Assembly (NCBI RefSeq): GCF_000150275.1
Contig: NW_002060947.1
Span: 6,587,648-6,651,647, forward strand
Length of the DNA stretch: 64,000 bases
From: Trichoplax adhaerens
Lineage: Eukaryota; Animalia; Placozoa
Reading direction: 5' to 3'
Positions 1-14,600 of the stretch are shown one piece after another. Both the position numbers and the translations under genes were made by a program. Numbering within the stretch: the stretch's first letter is position 1; every line of letters begins with the position of its first letter. The notes below the pieces were generated by a model. That model was not told the DNA's origin. It saw nothing but the letters and a program-made list of their open reading frames with translations, and did not search any database.

Positions 1-1351
1 CCTTTGCTTCTACCTTAAAACAACTATACAATTGAGAACTGCTTTATTCAACTATCTGACGGGCTTACAGCAGCTAACATTCACGAGTCATCTTATTAAA
101 ATACTTAGGTGAGAACATCTACTAACTAATTTTTTACAGTCAGACTACAATATGTCCATTCACAGAATCATTTCAGTACACATTACAGCACAGCATTAGA
201 TTTACTGTAACACATTTATAATTAGAGTAATTCCTACTGTAAGTAACTAGTTGTAATATATTATCACTATATTATATTAACCAAATTTAGATGACTATTT
301 CTTCACGGTAATTCGTACCGTGACAAATATACATAGAGTAAAGTAAAAAATGGTTCTATCTAAAAATTGTTAGTTTCTCTCTTAGCCCTATTTCTACCCA
401 ACAGCATCCAGCTGTAGGTATGGCTTTATATCTATATACGTGTATTGGAAATCAAGGGCAGTGGCGACTGAGAATATATAAATAAGTTATCGGCATATTT
501 AACGTTCAAGATCAAAAAGTAGAAATAACTCTCAAGGTATCTACCACTAATGATATTAAGACATTTAGAGAAGCCCGGGACGGTCTACCGTGATTTTGCA
601 TTCGTAGAGAGGATGGGTTATCATAAGTAGGATAACAATACGAATATGCGCTTCCAAGCAGATGATGATTTTCTACAGCAGTATAACCGATTAATTAACC
701 AATAGGACATGGAAACTTAGCATTTTTTGTTGGAATAATAGCAAAAATAATAAATTACAGCATCTAAAATGGCTATGCCTATGGATGTGCAAGCATTTGA
801 TCTATCAATGTATAAAAGGAGCAATTCAATTCTTTGTCATATCACATATCCCACTTCTAGTAACCTCGTAGACTTACTATCGCGATGCCAAAATTAATTA
901 TTACTTTTTACTGTAAGACGATTTATTGTCAGATATGGACAATATACGTTCACCGCTATTAACTTTGTAGACTTACTACTACGATGCATGAATTAATAAT
1001 TGCTTTTACTGTAATATAATTTATTCCGACATATAGACGATTTATTGGCATCAAAGTAATCATCTTGAGCTACGGATCACCAATGAATAATTAATTGCTT
1101 TTTCTGTGATATTCTCGATTTAATTATAGTAATCTGCGTACAGTGCATACAGCTAAAAAAGTACTATACTGGTACATCACGTACAAACATCTTGACTGCT
1201 ATTTACTAAAGCAGCCTTAACCAACAATTTTACCTATATTCATTATTCTAATCTCAGATAGGTTCCAGCATACCTTGTTCTCTCCATTATAGAAGCAGCA
1301 ACATGTCCTGATAAAGGAGTTTTGCGTCTTAGCTTGATCGTTGTTAGCCAT
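1..1351 (-). CDS. Probable 5' end of a third Cys-cluster pseudokinase paralog (continues off the left edge)
   Basis: Exon 1351-1274 reads MANNDQAKTQNSFIRTCCCFYNGENK|gtatgc, resembling exon 1 of the gene at 8954 (MDDSDQVQEQGSVFCCCFTLSNK|gt). A candidate exon near 672-588 contains ENHHLL (ExxxLL), but its phase needs an intervening exon I could not find. The kinase domain is not in the window. Confidence 0.5.
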
Positions 1352-4037
1352 ATTTTATGACTTCTCTGTTGATCCGGTAAGCTGACTGCTGATATGAAAT
1401 AGTATTAATTTGATTTACTTTTAATCAATTTTGGCAATCTTGCTATGGCGCTACAAAACTATGAAAAAGGCGGAATTAAAGTAAAGGCTGGAGAATGGGA
1501 TATAGATAAAATAAACTTATTTTACGCCGTAAAAATAATAGTAAAGAATGAATGTGAGAGAAGAAAAAGAAAGAATACGAGTAAATATATTGACAATAAT
1601 ACTAGGATTTCTAGGGAACACTGTCTGTTATAGAATTAGTACTGTATACATTTAGCCTCGATCTAATCAAAATAGGATGTTGAAATGACTAATTTCTGTT
1701 TATATGCTTATGAATACAGTTTAATTATTATACCACTTCGATGCACTCACCGAGCCCGTTTGCGTATAAATTAAATATGGAATGGATAGCTAATCATCGA
1801 AAATTGTTATGAATAAATGTCATTGTAGTATTTTCGATTTATGCATTCATTAAGCCTGTTTACCTATAAATTAAATATGGAATGGGTTGCTAATTAAGTT
1901 TGTTACACATAAATTTAATATAAAGTGGATTGCTAATAATCGATAATTAATTATCAGTAGTTTCCTTATTATATTTTTGATATAGACATCTTCTTATTGA
2001 TGCTAGTGAATAAAAAACGAACTGATACCTCAAGTAACAATTTACAGCGATTTCTACGAGGGCATACACATGTTCGATCTTATATTTTGCCGTATTTTAG
2101 CGATTTAATTTGAATTTGATAGCCCATTCATTTGATTCATTATTTCATATACTTTGTATCCAATCTACTGAATATCTTGTTAAGATAAATATGAAATATT
2201 TGGCCTTCATTGATTTATCGTAACTGGACAATCCATCAACGAATTACATCTTAAGGATGACATCATGGCTGACAAAATGCCTATAAGAAATGGATAGAAA
2301 ACCTGTTTTGTTGATATATTATTTTAAAAGTAAATAAAATTCTTTAGTAGACCACAAGGTTGTCGATTTAGGACGGAAATATGAAGTAGAGGCATACTGC
2401 GAGTTTCATCGCTTACTCAATAGTGCCTTCAGCTATAATTTGCTCATCATTATTGTAAATAGTTTTACAGGTAATCTTGCTGAAAAGAACATATGGATCA
2501 GAATAAAGTTATTAAATTGAAAATTAGATTCTTAGGTAGGTAATCAAGCTAGCAATGACAAGAATGGAGACATAAGTGTATGGTTATGCAAATTTGTCAC
2601 AGGAAAAGTTGATCTGGTGTGGTGATTTTTTTAACATGATTATGATAATTGTGATACTCTATAGATTTAATATAAAAATTAATATTTTAGGATAACTTCT
2701 AATTGAGGGTGAGTTAACTGACCGTGGTCCTTTCGCTGGATCTATCTACACTCATATAGCTACGTTGCATCATCTTTCTGCCTCGATCAAGCTCATACTA
2801 GACATAAAACTGCATTGCAATGATTCATATCCACATTCAATTACACAGAAAGAATAATGAATATCAGTGCTAGACTAGAAATATTCTAGAAATTTCGCTT
2901 GATGTTAAAGAAATATACCATCAGAATGAAGTAAAATGCCCCGATTGAAGACTAAACTTAGGTCCTAACTATCCTTTTTAATAATTCCTTTCGTAATATT
3001 GTCATGCATGATGGAGATCGTAATTAATAGGCTCAAATTGTGCAGCACTGCAATAGCTTCGGTATTACTTCGAAAATTATTAGGACAGAAAAGTTAAATA
3101 TGTAGGCAGCACACTAATGAATACGTGAAATTTTTAGTTATAATAACTTTTATTCCTAGAAATGGTAAATAAAGGATAGATAGATAGAACTGCGAATATA
3201 GATATTACAGTTGAAGATCAAAGTTACACGCCATCCATTTAAAAAATACAAGCGGTACTCAAAACGATCAGCTTCTGATGTAGCAATACCATTTCTTCGC
3301 AAATGGACTATTCTAGAGCTATCAATAAGGAAGAATACGTAGAAATTCTGATTTTTTGAAATTATATGCATAGAGATAGAAAGCTGGCTTTATATTAGGC
3401 TCCAAAAATTTAGCCAGCTTTCTGCTACATGTAGCATTTTTTACAATCTTCTACAAGTATTAACGAAATGGATAATATCAGGATGTTGTTTAAATAGTAT
3501 AATTTTATATCAGCACCTGCATTATGGCAAAGAATGCATACTTGAAACATTACCATTACCTATAATATATGAATACGTATGCAACAAATGCCTGCTAATC
3601 AAAAATCAGACCTTAACAATGCGGGTGCTAAAGATGAAAAAAATTATCCAACGGTATTGTTACTTCATGTATCGCAGATAAATATTCTGTAGCCAGCGCA
3701 GTTTTCCAGGAAATGTGCTGTGTACATTGTATAACTTTATAGAATTTATCGTGCCGAGATCAAAAGACTTCTTTTTACCATGAAGGCACAAATAGCGTAA
3801 TCGAAGGAACAAAGAACGAAATATTTACTGAATCGTGAATTGGATAGCATACTGTTGTTTAGATTTCACTTGAAAGGATGCCAGTAGAGCTATTAGATAA
3901 CATTACTTAAAACAATTGTTTTGGAGTTTACTTTATGTATCTATTCTATAAATTCAATGTTGTCCATTTTCAAGGACATAAGGAAAGGTTTTGTATAAGT
4001 ATATCAGGTCCAATATTTTCATATAACATTTAAATTT

Positions 4038-7000
4038 TTAAAAAGTACAAGACGATGTATCACTCTCTTCATCTTTATTATCTTCGCCGCTTTCTATGTG
4101 TTCATTTGGAATATTATAATCAAAGGTAAAATACGCTGTCTTATAGCGCTCTAGCTTGCCTTTAATCTATTCAAGATGGTTACACAAAGTAGCATGTCAT
4201 AAGATAACAAAGCTCCTACGATACTTACAATCAACATCAGCAGAGCTAATACTTGTATTATCAAAATAGCTATTAAAGACTGCAATGGCAATTACGCGGA
4301 ATTAAATCGGGTATAATAAAACTGTACATTTTAAAATTCTATAGCATGTCAAACCTTATTTAAGGTCGGTCTATCGTTAGTTTTCTCTTTCATGCAATCT
4401 TTAGCAATTTTAAGCAAGGCCTTCCTGAATGTCTTACTGGAAAACTGAGATCGTCTCTTTACCCATACTATTCTTTCATCTTTTAATTTATGCCATTTCG
4501 ACGTATCCTCAAGTAAAAATTTCTATACAATCAATTATAATTAATCAGTGTATCATTCAATGACGTTGCATTAAAGTATAATCTACTGGTCTGTATACGA
4601 ATGTAATCATAATCATTGGTTTGACTAAAGTAAACTAAATTTTACAACTATGCTATTGTCAATACAGTATGCACATGGAAAGAGCAATGGTTCAGCTGTG
4701 AGGTATATTTAAATCGTATAATTTCGCACCATAAAATTAATTTAGTTTATGTCAGTTCATTAGCAAGTGAAATGACAGAAATTTAAAGGCGTAAGGGTAA
4801 GAATAAAGAGTAAGAGGGCAAAGTACGAAGCAATATCATTAACTGATTGACAATTTCAATTCCAGAATGCTTTGAAGAATTATTTACCAATATAATCTAG
4901 ACAACGTTGTCTGAAGCTTAGTATACGATATTCGATCTATCTAGATTACAGAAGTAAATCTGTTCGGTTTGGAGAGCAACTTACAGCAAATACGTATTCA
5001 TCGTTTTCACCATATGGTTCCTTGCCAGTCACAAGTAATAAAATAACCTTCAAGACGAAAATTGACAGCTATCAATATTTCTTACAACACATATTCTCCT
5101 TTGTCACCATATTGACAAGTACCATTTTGCGATACCTTTTCTAGCACACAATCCAAAATAGTAAATTTAAAGAATTCTGTATGACTTACAGCTCCTAAAC
5201 TGAAAATATCATTGGGTATTTCAGGTATTCCTCCTAATGCCCTAGAACTGTAGTAACCAAGTTTATGACGAAAATTTTTAAAACTATCCAAATTGATACT
5301 GGACTTTGCTTTAGGAAAGACTGTGTAATAGCCACCATGAGCTACTTTAGCTGTCCCATCCTTAGTTATAATTATATTATTGCTAGAAAAGAAGGCGAAG
5401 AGAGTTAATCGGTGTGAGGTACAAGTAACTGTTATGCTATTTTTCAATATTTACCCAGTTAAATTGTTATGAACTACTGATTTTGAGTGTAAGTAATATA
5501 ATCCTTCCACAACATCACAAAGTATTTTGTGGCGTTGAAAGCATTCTAATACCCTACTGTTGTCCTATAATGTACAATGTAGAGCATAATTTAAATATAA
5601 GTTCAGATAAAAAAATGAATTCCAATAGAAGTCTAGCGAATAGTCTTTCGCCTCAACTATCATCTAAATATATTAATATTGATTGCTAGATGAAGAAAAG
5701 CTTTCAGTAGATAACATTTATTGCGCGACTGGAACGATATAAAAAAGCTATTATTTACCGTTTCCATCATTCGATCACTTAAACTTTCAACACCCCATTC
5801 CTCTAAAACTCCATTCAGTTCTTTATAAAATCCTAGCACCTTGATTACATTCCTATGTTTTAATCTTCAATCACGAAAAATAGTTATGAACATCTTTAAT
5901 GTTTAAATTTTAATTCGAAATGCCTGATAGCAATAGTAAATCTATCTATAAATGAGGTTACCCTGCTAAAATCCTTGCACCTTCTTCAAGTGGTTGCTTC
6001 GCTTTAAGAACAATCTGAAGAATTAGCACGGTAAAAATTTGTGTTATTACAAACCAAATGAATGTCTCTAAGTCGATGGTCTATTTATTACTCTATTGGA
6101 TAATTCAGGTATGAATACATGGCTATAAGTAATTAGAATTGCATTTCAACAGCTGAGTTACTTCTTTACAACCTGATAATTCCATTGCTTAAATACATAA
6201 CGTCGATTACGATGTTCAATACCAGTACAAGTTTTACCAAAGTAGCCTTCATTTTGTGGTAATTTAAGGGCGTCAAGAATCAACTGGAAAGAGAGTTTAA
6301 CCGATTACCCTTAAATACCATCATGGTGATATTTAAAATGATAAGATGAAGATTATTCTTTCGGTTATTTATGAGTTGAGTAGCTAAGATGATGCTGTAC
6401 GGTAAATATGTTGATACTATATAATCTAATTGCTTCAAGAGAGTTTTTGAAATTAGTGCACAGTGACTCAATATCTTTCTCAATAATTATGTCAAGATAC
6501 ACGTCAAATTGGTCAGAAGTTTTGCAAATCAAATTGAGATCATGCATAATTATAACGAGTAATCAGTTTTGAATGACAAACACTGGCTCTATATAATAGG
6601 AGAATACGATAGGAAATACTCGCAGGCAAATCTCGACCGTTGTATTTCCCATCTTTTCGTTGAAGATGAAATTCTTACTAACCTTAAACAGGCTAACGTT
6701 ATTTATTTCTTCTCTAGTCTCGATCTGACCATCTAGACGATCTGAGATCTGAGATAGAGATGAACTTCTAGAAGAAGCAGTGGTGACTGATTCATCGCTA
6801 GTTCTGCTATGATGAGTTGATAGAGATGGATTTTCCGGAGAGGTATTTTCTAACGTAGCGGGATCATTCTTTTCCTGATTATTTTCATTTTGTCCAAGAA
6901 GATTGGAGGGTACAGGTTGAGCAGTCAATAGTCTGGTTCTTTCACCAATTTGCTCAGGATTCTATAATATAAATGGATTGATCGTCAAGTTAATACTGTA

Positions 7001-8954
7001 GAAGGATAAGGTAGATTAAATAAGACCCTGTCTATGATTCAGTAAAATCGTGCCCAAATTGCTTTTGATCAGATTGCTATTGAACAACACGCAGAATAGG
7101 CTGTACACAAGAACTTTTCCACCTTTATGACTACTGCAACTGTTCTTTCTAGAAATCTAAGATTAAGATAAGGTACGCTGATTAAATGAAATGATCCAAG
7201 ACTAGGATAAGGCAGATTCAGTGAGCTATTGTGTATAATTCAACAATTTCATGGGCTCAAACTGCTTCCAACCAGAATGCAATTTACGAGTGCACAGAAC
7301 AGGCTTAAGGAATCGATGATCAAATCTCTAAACTATTAGTCCATTTCAAGTCATGTTCGCTGATGATACTCACTTTGATCTACGTTAAGCTACATTATAT
7401 CACTAATCTCTTGAAAGTAGTTTACATTAATTATCAATACTGTAGTAATGCCAAGATTTTCAACATCAGGCTCAAGTAAGATAAGGTTAGATTTTGTGCG
7501 GATGACTGAAATCAAAGACTTTGATGGAGGACATTTCCTTGATCCTATCTGAACGAAGAGCTACAAGCATTCTAAATTAGTAGAAAGTCTAAAAGATCGA
7601 CTTATACGTGTTGCTCAAAGTAAATAGTGCTCTCTTTTACTGGTCTCTGAATATATCGTTTAGCTGTAGTATTTTGTAACGAGTTTAAGAAGAAGAATTG
7701 ATTGAATTTTAGAATACGTTGTATGATAATGCAGTATTAATGGCAGAAAGTTTGATGCACAACCTAATAATATCAGAGTTACAGTAGTCCATTCTCAGTA
7801 CAGTATTGATCGAAAAGAATAAAATATGAGCATTGCTATGTTCTACTGAGAATGGCAAAAAATTGTTATGAAATCACTTTCCCAAAGAATATACCAATGA
7901 ATTTAAAGCAACCCATTATTATAAGCATTACCTATTCTACTGTAAGTAAAGTATTGAGTTTGAAGGCTGCGGCGTAGAGGGGAATGATTAATCATTTTCT
8001 GCAGTAGCTTGGAACGATTTATCGACGTGCTGTAGATAGCGCATTACAATTTGCTATCTTGGTAAAATGTAGAATTACGGCTTCTAGCAAGAGAATTCTT
8101 TCTACTGTAGCAGGTCTTATTCAATGAACAACTATTGACAACATTCGAGAATTCTTCCTATTGCAGCAGGCAATCTTAGTACAATTTACAGTAGTACTAC
8201 ATCACAAAATTTTTCCTACTGTTGTAAGTCTTATATTTGATGAACTCTCTGGAAGTGCCCATTTTGACGTGATATCAATTTGCAATCGCTCTCTTTTGAC
8301 AATTAATAAACGGTGGCCTTTAGCAAGATCATTCTTTTTCGACGAAACAACAGTAAGTTCTATCATTTAATCTCACGTTTACAATTAAACAGAATCATTT
8401 GCTAGCCAAGGCATTAACTTGCTCGTATAGCATAAAGTACGATAATACACTTGTCAATTACTTTTCGATAGCAATCTGCCAAAGTACTTAAGGAGCAATT
8501 TGCTGATATCAATAACATCGATTAATTATATACTCTTAAATAATTATTTAATTATTGACTTAAGCCTGTACTGCAAAGAGATTACTCTACTGCGCCATAG
8601 GCAGAGCAATGTGCTTGCCCTATGGAAGGGTAATCACGACATGTCATGATTAAATTTCATTCTTTTATTACGATAGCGCCATCATGGCACAATCTGCTGT
8701 TGGCATCCATAAAGTATCTGGCCTGCAAGGAAATGATATCCTATAGCCATAGCATACTGCACAAAGGTCAGCATACGAGTATTTCAATGGCGTATTCATT
8801 AAATCAATCAATAAAGGCAGAAAAATATCCTACAGTATTCTCTTCTAGCTCAGTAGTCATACTTCAAGGTGCTTATCAAAGTTACCTTATTGGATAGAGT
8901 AAAACAGCAGCAGAAAACGGAGCCTTGCTCTTGAACTTGATCGCTATCATCCAT
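4038..8954 (-). CDS. IRAK/Pelle-like pseudokinase A with N-terminal Cys cluster and dileucine motif, about 10 exons
   Basis: Approximate exons: 8954-8886 (..SVFCCCF..), 6961-6698 (GERTRLL, Ser-rich), 6283-6173 (NEGYFGKT..YVFK), 6014-5962, 5864-5759 (LKHRNVIKVLGFY), 5564-5455 (GLYYLHSKSVVHNNLTG), 5382-5190 (NNIII..AKVAHGGYY..KLGY..NDIFSLGA), 5047-4985 (LVTGKEPY), 4522-4335 (IAKDCMKEKTNDRPTL), 4166-4038 (stop). All introns are GT-AG with consistent phases. Confidence 0.85.
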
Positions 8955-9024
8955 GTGGATTATTTATGAATTGCTGAGTCTCCCCTGGAAAAAATGAGAT
9001 TCATGTTTAGAAAAGGTTCATCAC

Positions 9025-10100
9025 GTTATTAACCTGAGCTAATTATCAGGAGAAGAAAAAACTTGACTATGATCGGACATTTTGTAACAGTAAATAATCT
9101 AATTTTCTTGTACAACATAGCCATCATAGATAGATAACTGCGTTGCTATATAATCTAATTCAAAAATAGAAAACTACAAATTGTTTTCAACGGAACAAGA
9201 AGTTCGATTTTGCAATTTGTAATGGATCAGAGCTCATCGACAGAACAAGAGAAGAAAGAACAAGACTATGATCGGATATTTTTGTAAGAGCAATAATTTA
9301 ATTTTTTCCGATATGACTTGTTACGTTGTACTGTAGTTGCAGCTCATCATCGACATACCATTTTCGACATAATCTAATTCGAAATGAGATGCTGTGCCGA
9401 TCAGGTAACGATGAACTATTTTCATCACAATAAAAATTCTACGACAGAATATACTGCAATTTGTCAATATTATTAACCTGAGCTCATCGATAGAACAAGA
9501 GAAGAAAGAACTCAATTGCGATCGGATATTTCAGAACAGAAACGATTTAATTTTCTCTTCCAACCTGTCTTGTCACATTATAAGTGGTGGCTCATCATCG
9601 AAATACTGTTTGCTATATACGAGTATAATCCGATTCAAATTTAGATGCTCTACCGATCAGACAGCCATGAACTATTTTCATCACAACAAACATTCTACTA
9701 CTGCAATTGGTCATTGTGATTAAGCTGAGCTCATCGACAGAACAAGAGAAGAAAGAACTCAATTACGATCGGATATATTGCAATAGTAATAATTTAATTT
9801 TCTCTTCCAACCTGACCTATTCCATTATACTGTCGTTATAGCTCGTCATGCACGTACTATTTTCTATATAATCTAATTCAAAATTAGGTAACGATGAACT
9901 GTTTTTATCCGAGCAAAAAATCTACTACTATACTGCAATTAGACATTGTTATGAATCTAAGCTCACCGCTAGAACAAGAAAAGAAAGAACTCGACTACGA
10001 TCGGATATTTTGCAATAATAATGAGCTCATTTTCTCTTCCAACGTGACTTTGTTGCAGCCATCATCGACTAACTGCTTTCTATTTACTGCAATCGAACAG
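9025..10100. repeat. Degenerate tandem array, about 5 copies of a 200-245 bp unit
   Basis: Recurring core ctgagctcatcga.agaacaagagaagaaagaactc.a.tacgatcggatatt near 9035, 9230, 9478, 9724 and 9960, directly upstream of pseudokinase A. Confidence 0.85.
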
Positions 10101-10150
10101 ACTGTAGAAAATGATATCACTATAGTCAGTTTCATCAGGCTAAAACCCCA

Positions 10151-10503
10151 TTTTTAATTTTACTACAGTAGTTGTTATTATTTTTCTTTCAATAGTCCGT
10201 AAATAAATAGGTAGAAATCAACAATAATGATAAAACGGAATTTTACGGAGGCAAGAGGAGCCATTTTTGTCTTTGTCAACGCAATTTCTAGCCGATGATT
10301 TGCTACCATGAGCTATTCCTCAACTCTATTTTTAATTTTACTACTGTAGTTGTCATTATTTTTCTTTCAATAGTCCGTATATAAATAGGTAGAAATCAAC
10401 AATAATGACAAAATGGAATTTTACAGAGGCAAGAGGAGCCTTTCTTGTCTTACTTTGTCAACGCAATTTCTAGCCGATGATTTGCTACCATGACCTATTC
10501 CTC
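10151..10503. repeat. Tandem duplication, 2 copies of about 175 bp
   Basis: tttttaattttactac...gatttgctaccatga.ctattcctc occurs at about 10151-10321 and 10330-10503 with few differences. Confidence 0.9.
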
Positions 10504-11419
10504 CATCGTTGCGCATGCTATGCTGTCCACGCTTGACTCTGATTTAAGGATGGGCTCATCCAACGTAGAGGAATAATTTTTTCCTTGATCGATCAATCAA
10601 TCAATTGGCAATCGATCAACAAAATGGATGAGGAAAATGACGTTATGACAGAGTAAGTTCGCTGCAAGATGTGCTTAGCCCCGCGATGGATTAATTAATT
10701 CAATTAATTAGTTCTTGTGATTGATTTGAAAGCTGGAGGGTAAATATTCCCGCAGCGATACTAGATTGCCAAGTGTTCGATACGTGCCTTCGTGTCCAGT
10801 CTAAAATCTATAATCCTATTCGTCCCATCGACATCGTCATGGCACCGTTGTATCCATCCATAATATTACTGAAAAACCACCTAGCAACATCATCATGGAT
10901 ATCATTAACGGCTCATTTAGCTCATGATAACCTACTGAGCTACAGGTAGTGACTGTATATTTGCAACAACAGCCTTGCGATCCTTTGCTAATGGCTGCAT
11001 GAAAATGAACTTAATTCAATTATCCCTTATTACTCTCCTATTCGAATTAAAAGCATTACAAATTAATGGAGTCTATCAACCTTGTCATTCAACTTCTTTT
11101 ATAGATTGCATATGGATAGTGCATGGCATTTTAGTTTCGGTTAAAATTATTATCCGTAAGCATTTATTATCATCAATTAAGATTAAAGCATAAACATTTC
11201 TTTTAATTAGCAATGCCATTAAACTCCTCCTACTTGCTGTAGAATATATAGTGCATTGATAGTGAACAGTATGGCAGTTTATTCTCTAACAAATGATCCT
11301 TAAAAAGGGATGGTTTCTGCTGTACCATGGAACTGAAGAGTACATTAATCAGCTTGTACACAAGAATGGCGTGATCCAATGATTGATTTCAAGACGATTA
11401 CTGTGCATTGAGTAAGCAA

Positions 11420-11655
11420 TCAATCGTGGCCGCATTTTATTTGGGCCGCTTAAATCATCGCCATACTTTACGTTGACTATTTAAATCGTGGTAACATTTT
11501 ACTTGGGAAACTTAAATCATAACCATCATCTGCAGTACTTGGATCATTTCAATCATAGTCATGTTTGATTAGGGCCATTTAAATTGCGGCCACACTCTAC
11601 TGATGTGCCATTTAAATTAAATTATGGCCACATTCTCCTTGGGCCATTTTAATCT
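11420..11655. repeat. Degenerate minisatellite, about 30 bp unit, about 7 copies
   Basis: Repeated ttgggccatttaaatc.tggccacatt-like units. Confidence 0.7.
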
Positions 11656-14600
11656 GTACACGTGCAAACTACGGCCACGATCTGCAAAGGAAATTTATTA
11701 ATTCCAAAAGAGAGTTACAGCGAGTTATCTTGGCTCTACACAGATGATGCACCCTGCAAAATCGAGGCATCGATAATTCTATCATTCGAGCTAGATTCTC
11801 TCCTCTGTTATGATAGAAATAGCAGCGGCAATGCTTTGATCATCAGAATTGAAAAATTAAATTATTTGTGTATTGTTTTACGTTAACATGACGTAATTTG
11901 CTATGCGAACGCTGTCTACCACCTATACATCATGCCATTGGAATAACTAATAAAGCCTAAAGGCAAATGCTCAACTGGAATTTCTTTCTTAAGTTTCTTT
12001 CTGCTAATGACGCAGTACTGGATAACATGTTTAATTTCCCAATCGATCAAGCTTCTCCGTGTTCTATTAATTGTACACAGCTACTGCGAGCGCATTCTAT
12101 CATCGCTTGTCTACATTCGTCCCTAACGTGCACTGCGCCATTTGAAATTGTTCGACATCAACAGCAATTTCATGAATATTGCAATAGTTGAGTTCCGAAG
12201 AGCTTATCAACGTTTACTTGAAAGAAAAGCAATATATATAGAATCGATGTAAAAACTTGAAGAGGAAAATGGTGTTTTTTCGTGTTTGATTACATTATTG
12301 ACTGTTTTCCATCTCCTTGAACATGTTGACATATTAGCGCCTTTTGAAAGACCTAGTGGCAGATCGCCGCGATACTATACAACTTTTGTTGATGATAATA
12401 GTTGTTATGAAATGTAGCAACCAATCGATGTTAATATTTTGTAATTCTTTTCAACGTGGACATTGTTCATCCCTGCATCTACAATATTATTCTTCCATTT
12501 ATTGATTAATCTGCAATCATGATTATAATGGTTAAATTAATTAAATTAAATTAATGATCGCGGATCCACTTTGTCACGTGATAATTTAGTAATAACATGA
12601 TAGTCATATGATAACTTGCAACAAGTTAGCGCCTAATGATTTCATCTTATTTCTTAACGTAGAGAGGAAAGCAGCTTGTTTCAGATAATTGGGAATACAG
12701 TAAAGTGAGCGCTAGCCGATTTCATCAGCTCGATTTCCTATGGTGGGCAAGGGCGAATGGCCAACATTGATATCGAATAATTAAGCTACTTTGATCTATT
12801 GCTGTATGCTATTACGATATCGTTAGCATGCCGTCTAGATTGAGACCAATCTGGCCGAATCGATCTATCCTTCGACGCGTAGATAGGCCGACTGGAAGAG
12901 TTTATTAAGTTGTAGCTGCCGATATTAGTTTAGTTTTAATGACATGTATATATACGCTGCAGCTAGGACACGCCACAATATTGATGCACAGGAGATGACT
13001 ACATAATTATTATACGTGTACGGACAAGAACCGAATTGTTATTGCTAGATTGCATTACTCAGCAACTATGGTATAATATATTCATGCATACAGTATCAAA
13101 GGGATTAATGGGTAGTATTGTCTTTCGGCATAACATGTTTTGATGGAATCAATTAATTGTGCATACAGTAGCAAGTGAATATTATTAAGCAGAATATACT
13201 CAATACTTAATTATAATTAAAAAGCGAAGTAGAGTGAACTAGCAGTCGAAAATGTAGTCTTGGTGCCTTCTGTTGACACAGTTCAACTGCAGTAGATATA
13301 GAACTTGCTAAAATTACTGTAGAATTCCAATAAAAATGTCTTAAAATCCAAGCTGCAAACTTGCGCGCTTAGCTTAAATCGTTTCTAGAATAAATATGCA
13401 GTAAAACTGTTACTATTCTTTCCATATGCTACAACTGCATTGCCTAATGAGCTAACACAGTATCGTATCTACAATTCTATCCATTCCATTTTCTTTGATA
13501 TTATTATTAGCAATATAAACTAGCCTCTTGTGTATTCACCTATGACGTGTAATATCTACCTAGACAGCCAGAGTACGTTAATGGATATCGATAGAATATT
13601 CAGAAATCTCGAATTATTGCTATCAATTGAGTAATAAATTCCAATTTACATCTAACGAATATGGATAACTTTAGGAAGAGGAACAAATTATCAACTGACA
13701 ACCGTAACGACTACAAAGCTACCGTTGTAGTAATGTTTCAAATATTAAAGGTGTGCAAGTGTAAATATGTTTGGATGATGGCTACAATAACATTCTGCTA
13801 CAGTATTCGTACACATAAAACAATTTTGAATTATTACATCAGATATACATATAGATTTTAATTAATTGCAATACGCATACTGTCGATTCAAAATAGTAAT
13901 CAAAAGCGGTACGCAAAAATTAGCCTTCCTATACAATTTTCTACAGCACTAGGACAATTTCCTAGAATTGGTTCGGATTCGGCCACTTGAAGAATGATGT
14001 ACTTGAAGAATTTTAAGAGAATATAAAAGGTACCGCTTAAATATGATCCTAGCATTTGCCAACAATTTAGCACTTTAACTAAATTTGCCTCACTATAACC
14101 GAAGCGATAGTATTATATATATATTAAGGCATCGATTAAAGCAGGAAGACAGCTCAAAGTACAGGAATAATTGTAAAACTTCATATAATTGCCAGGTTAT
14201 CTATGCAACTTTGTTCAAATATCTTTTAGTAGTAGCATTTTTTACTGTTTTCGTAGTATTTTAGTTTCACAAATTTCTGGGAGATTAGAGCATTGTAAAG
14301 TACTTTCCAATAATGACATCCAAGACTAAATACTGTACTATAAGTTTACCTCAACAATTTGAATAAGTTTCATGATAATATACGCCCATTACAATATCAT
14401 GAAAGCAAATGAAGCCCAATGCTAAATTTCGTAAGTCTACTCCAGTAATTTGAGTAAATGCTATATATGTAGTACTTGTACAGTACTTTCTAATCTAATT
14501 TTATCGCATATCGAATCTCACAAATCTACTCTAATAAGTTATCCTATTTTTGACTGTTTAAAACAAAGATTAATGCTAAAATTTTGGTCGATATTTATCT

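Noticed and set aside
3378-3423. 12-bp inverted repeat (similar 13-bp one at 38153-38186)
   Set aside because: Short and isolated with no TSD or family evidence; not enough to call a MITE or ncRNA.
9894-10157. 87-aa ORF as a repeat protein
   Set aside because: It lies within a degenerate array, and sister copies have stops and frameshifts.
11960-12520. Coding-looking stretch between the pseudokinase genes
   Set aside because: No recognisable motif or consistent exon chain on either strand.
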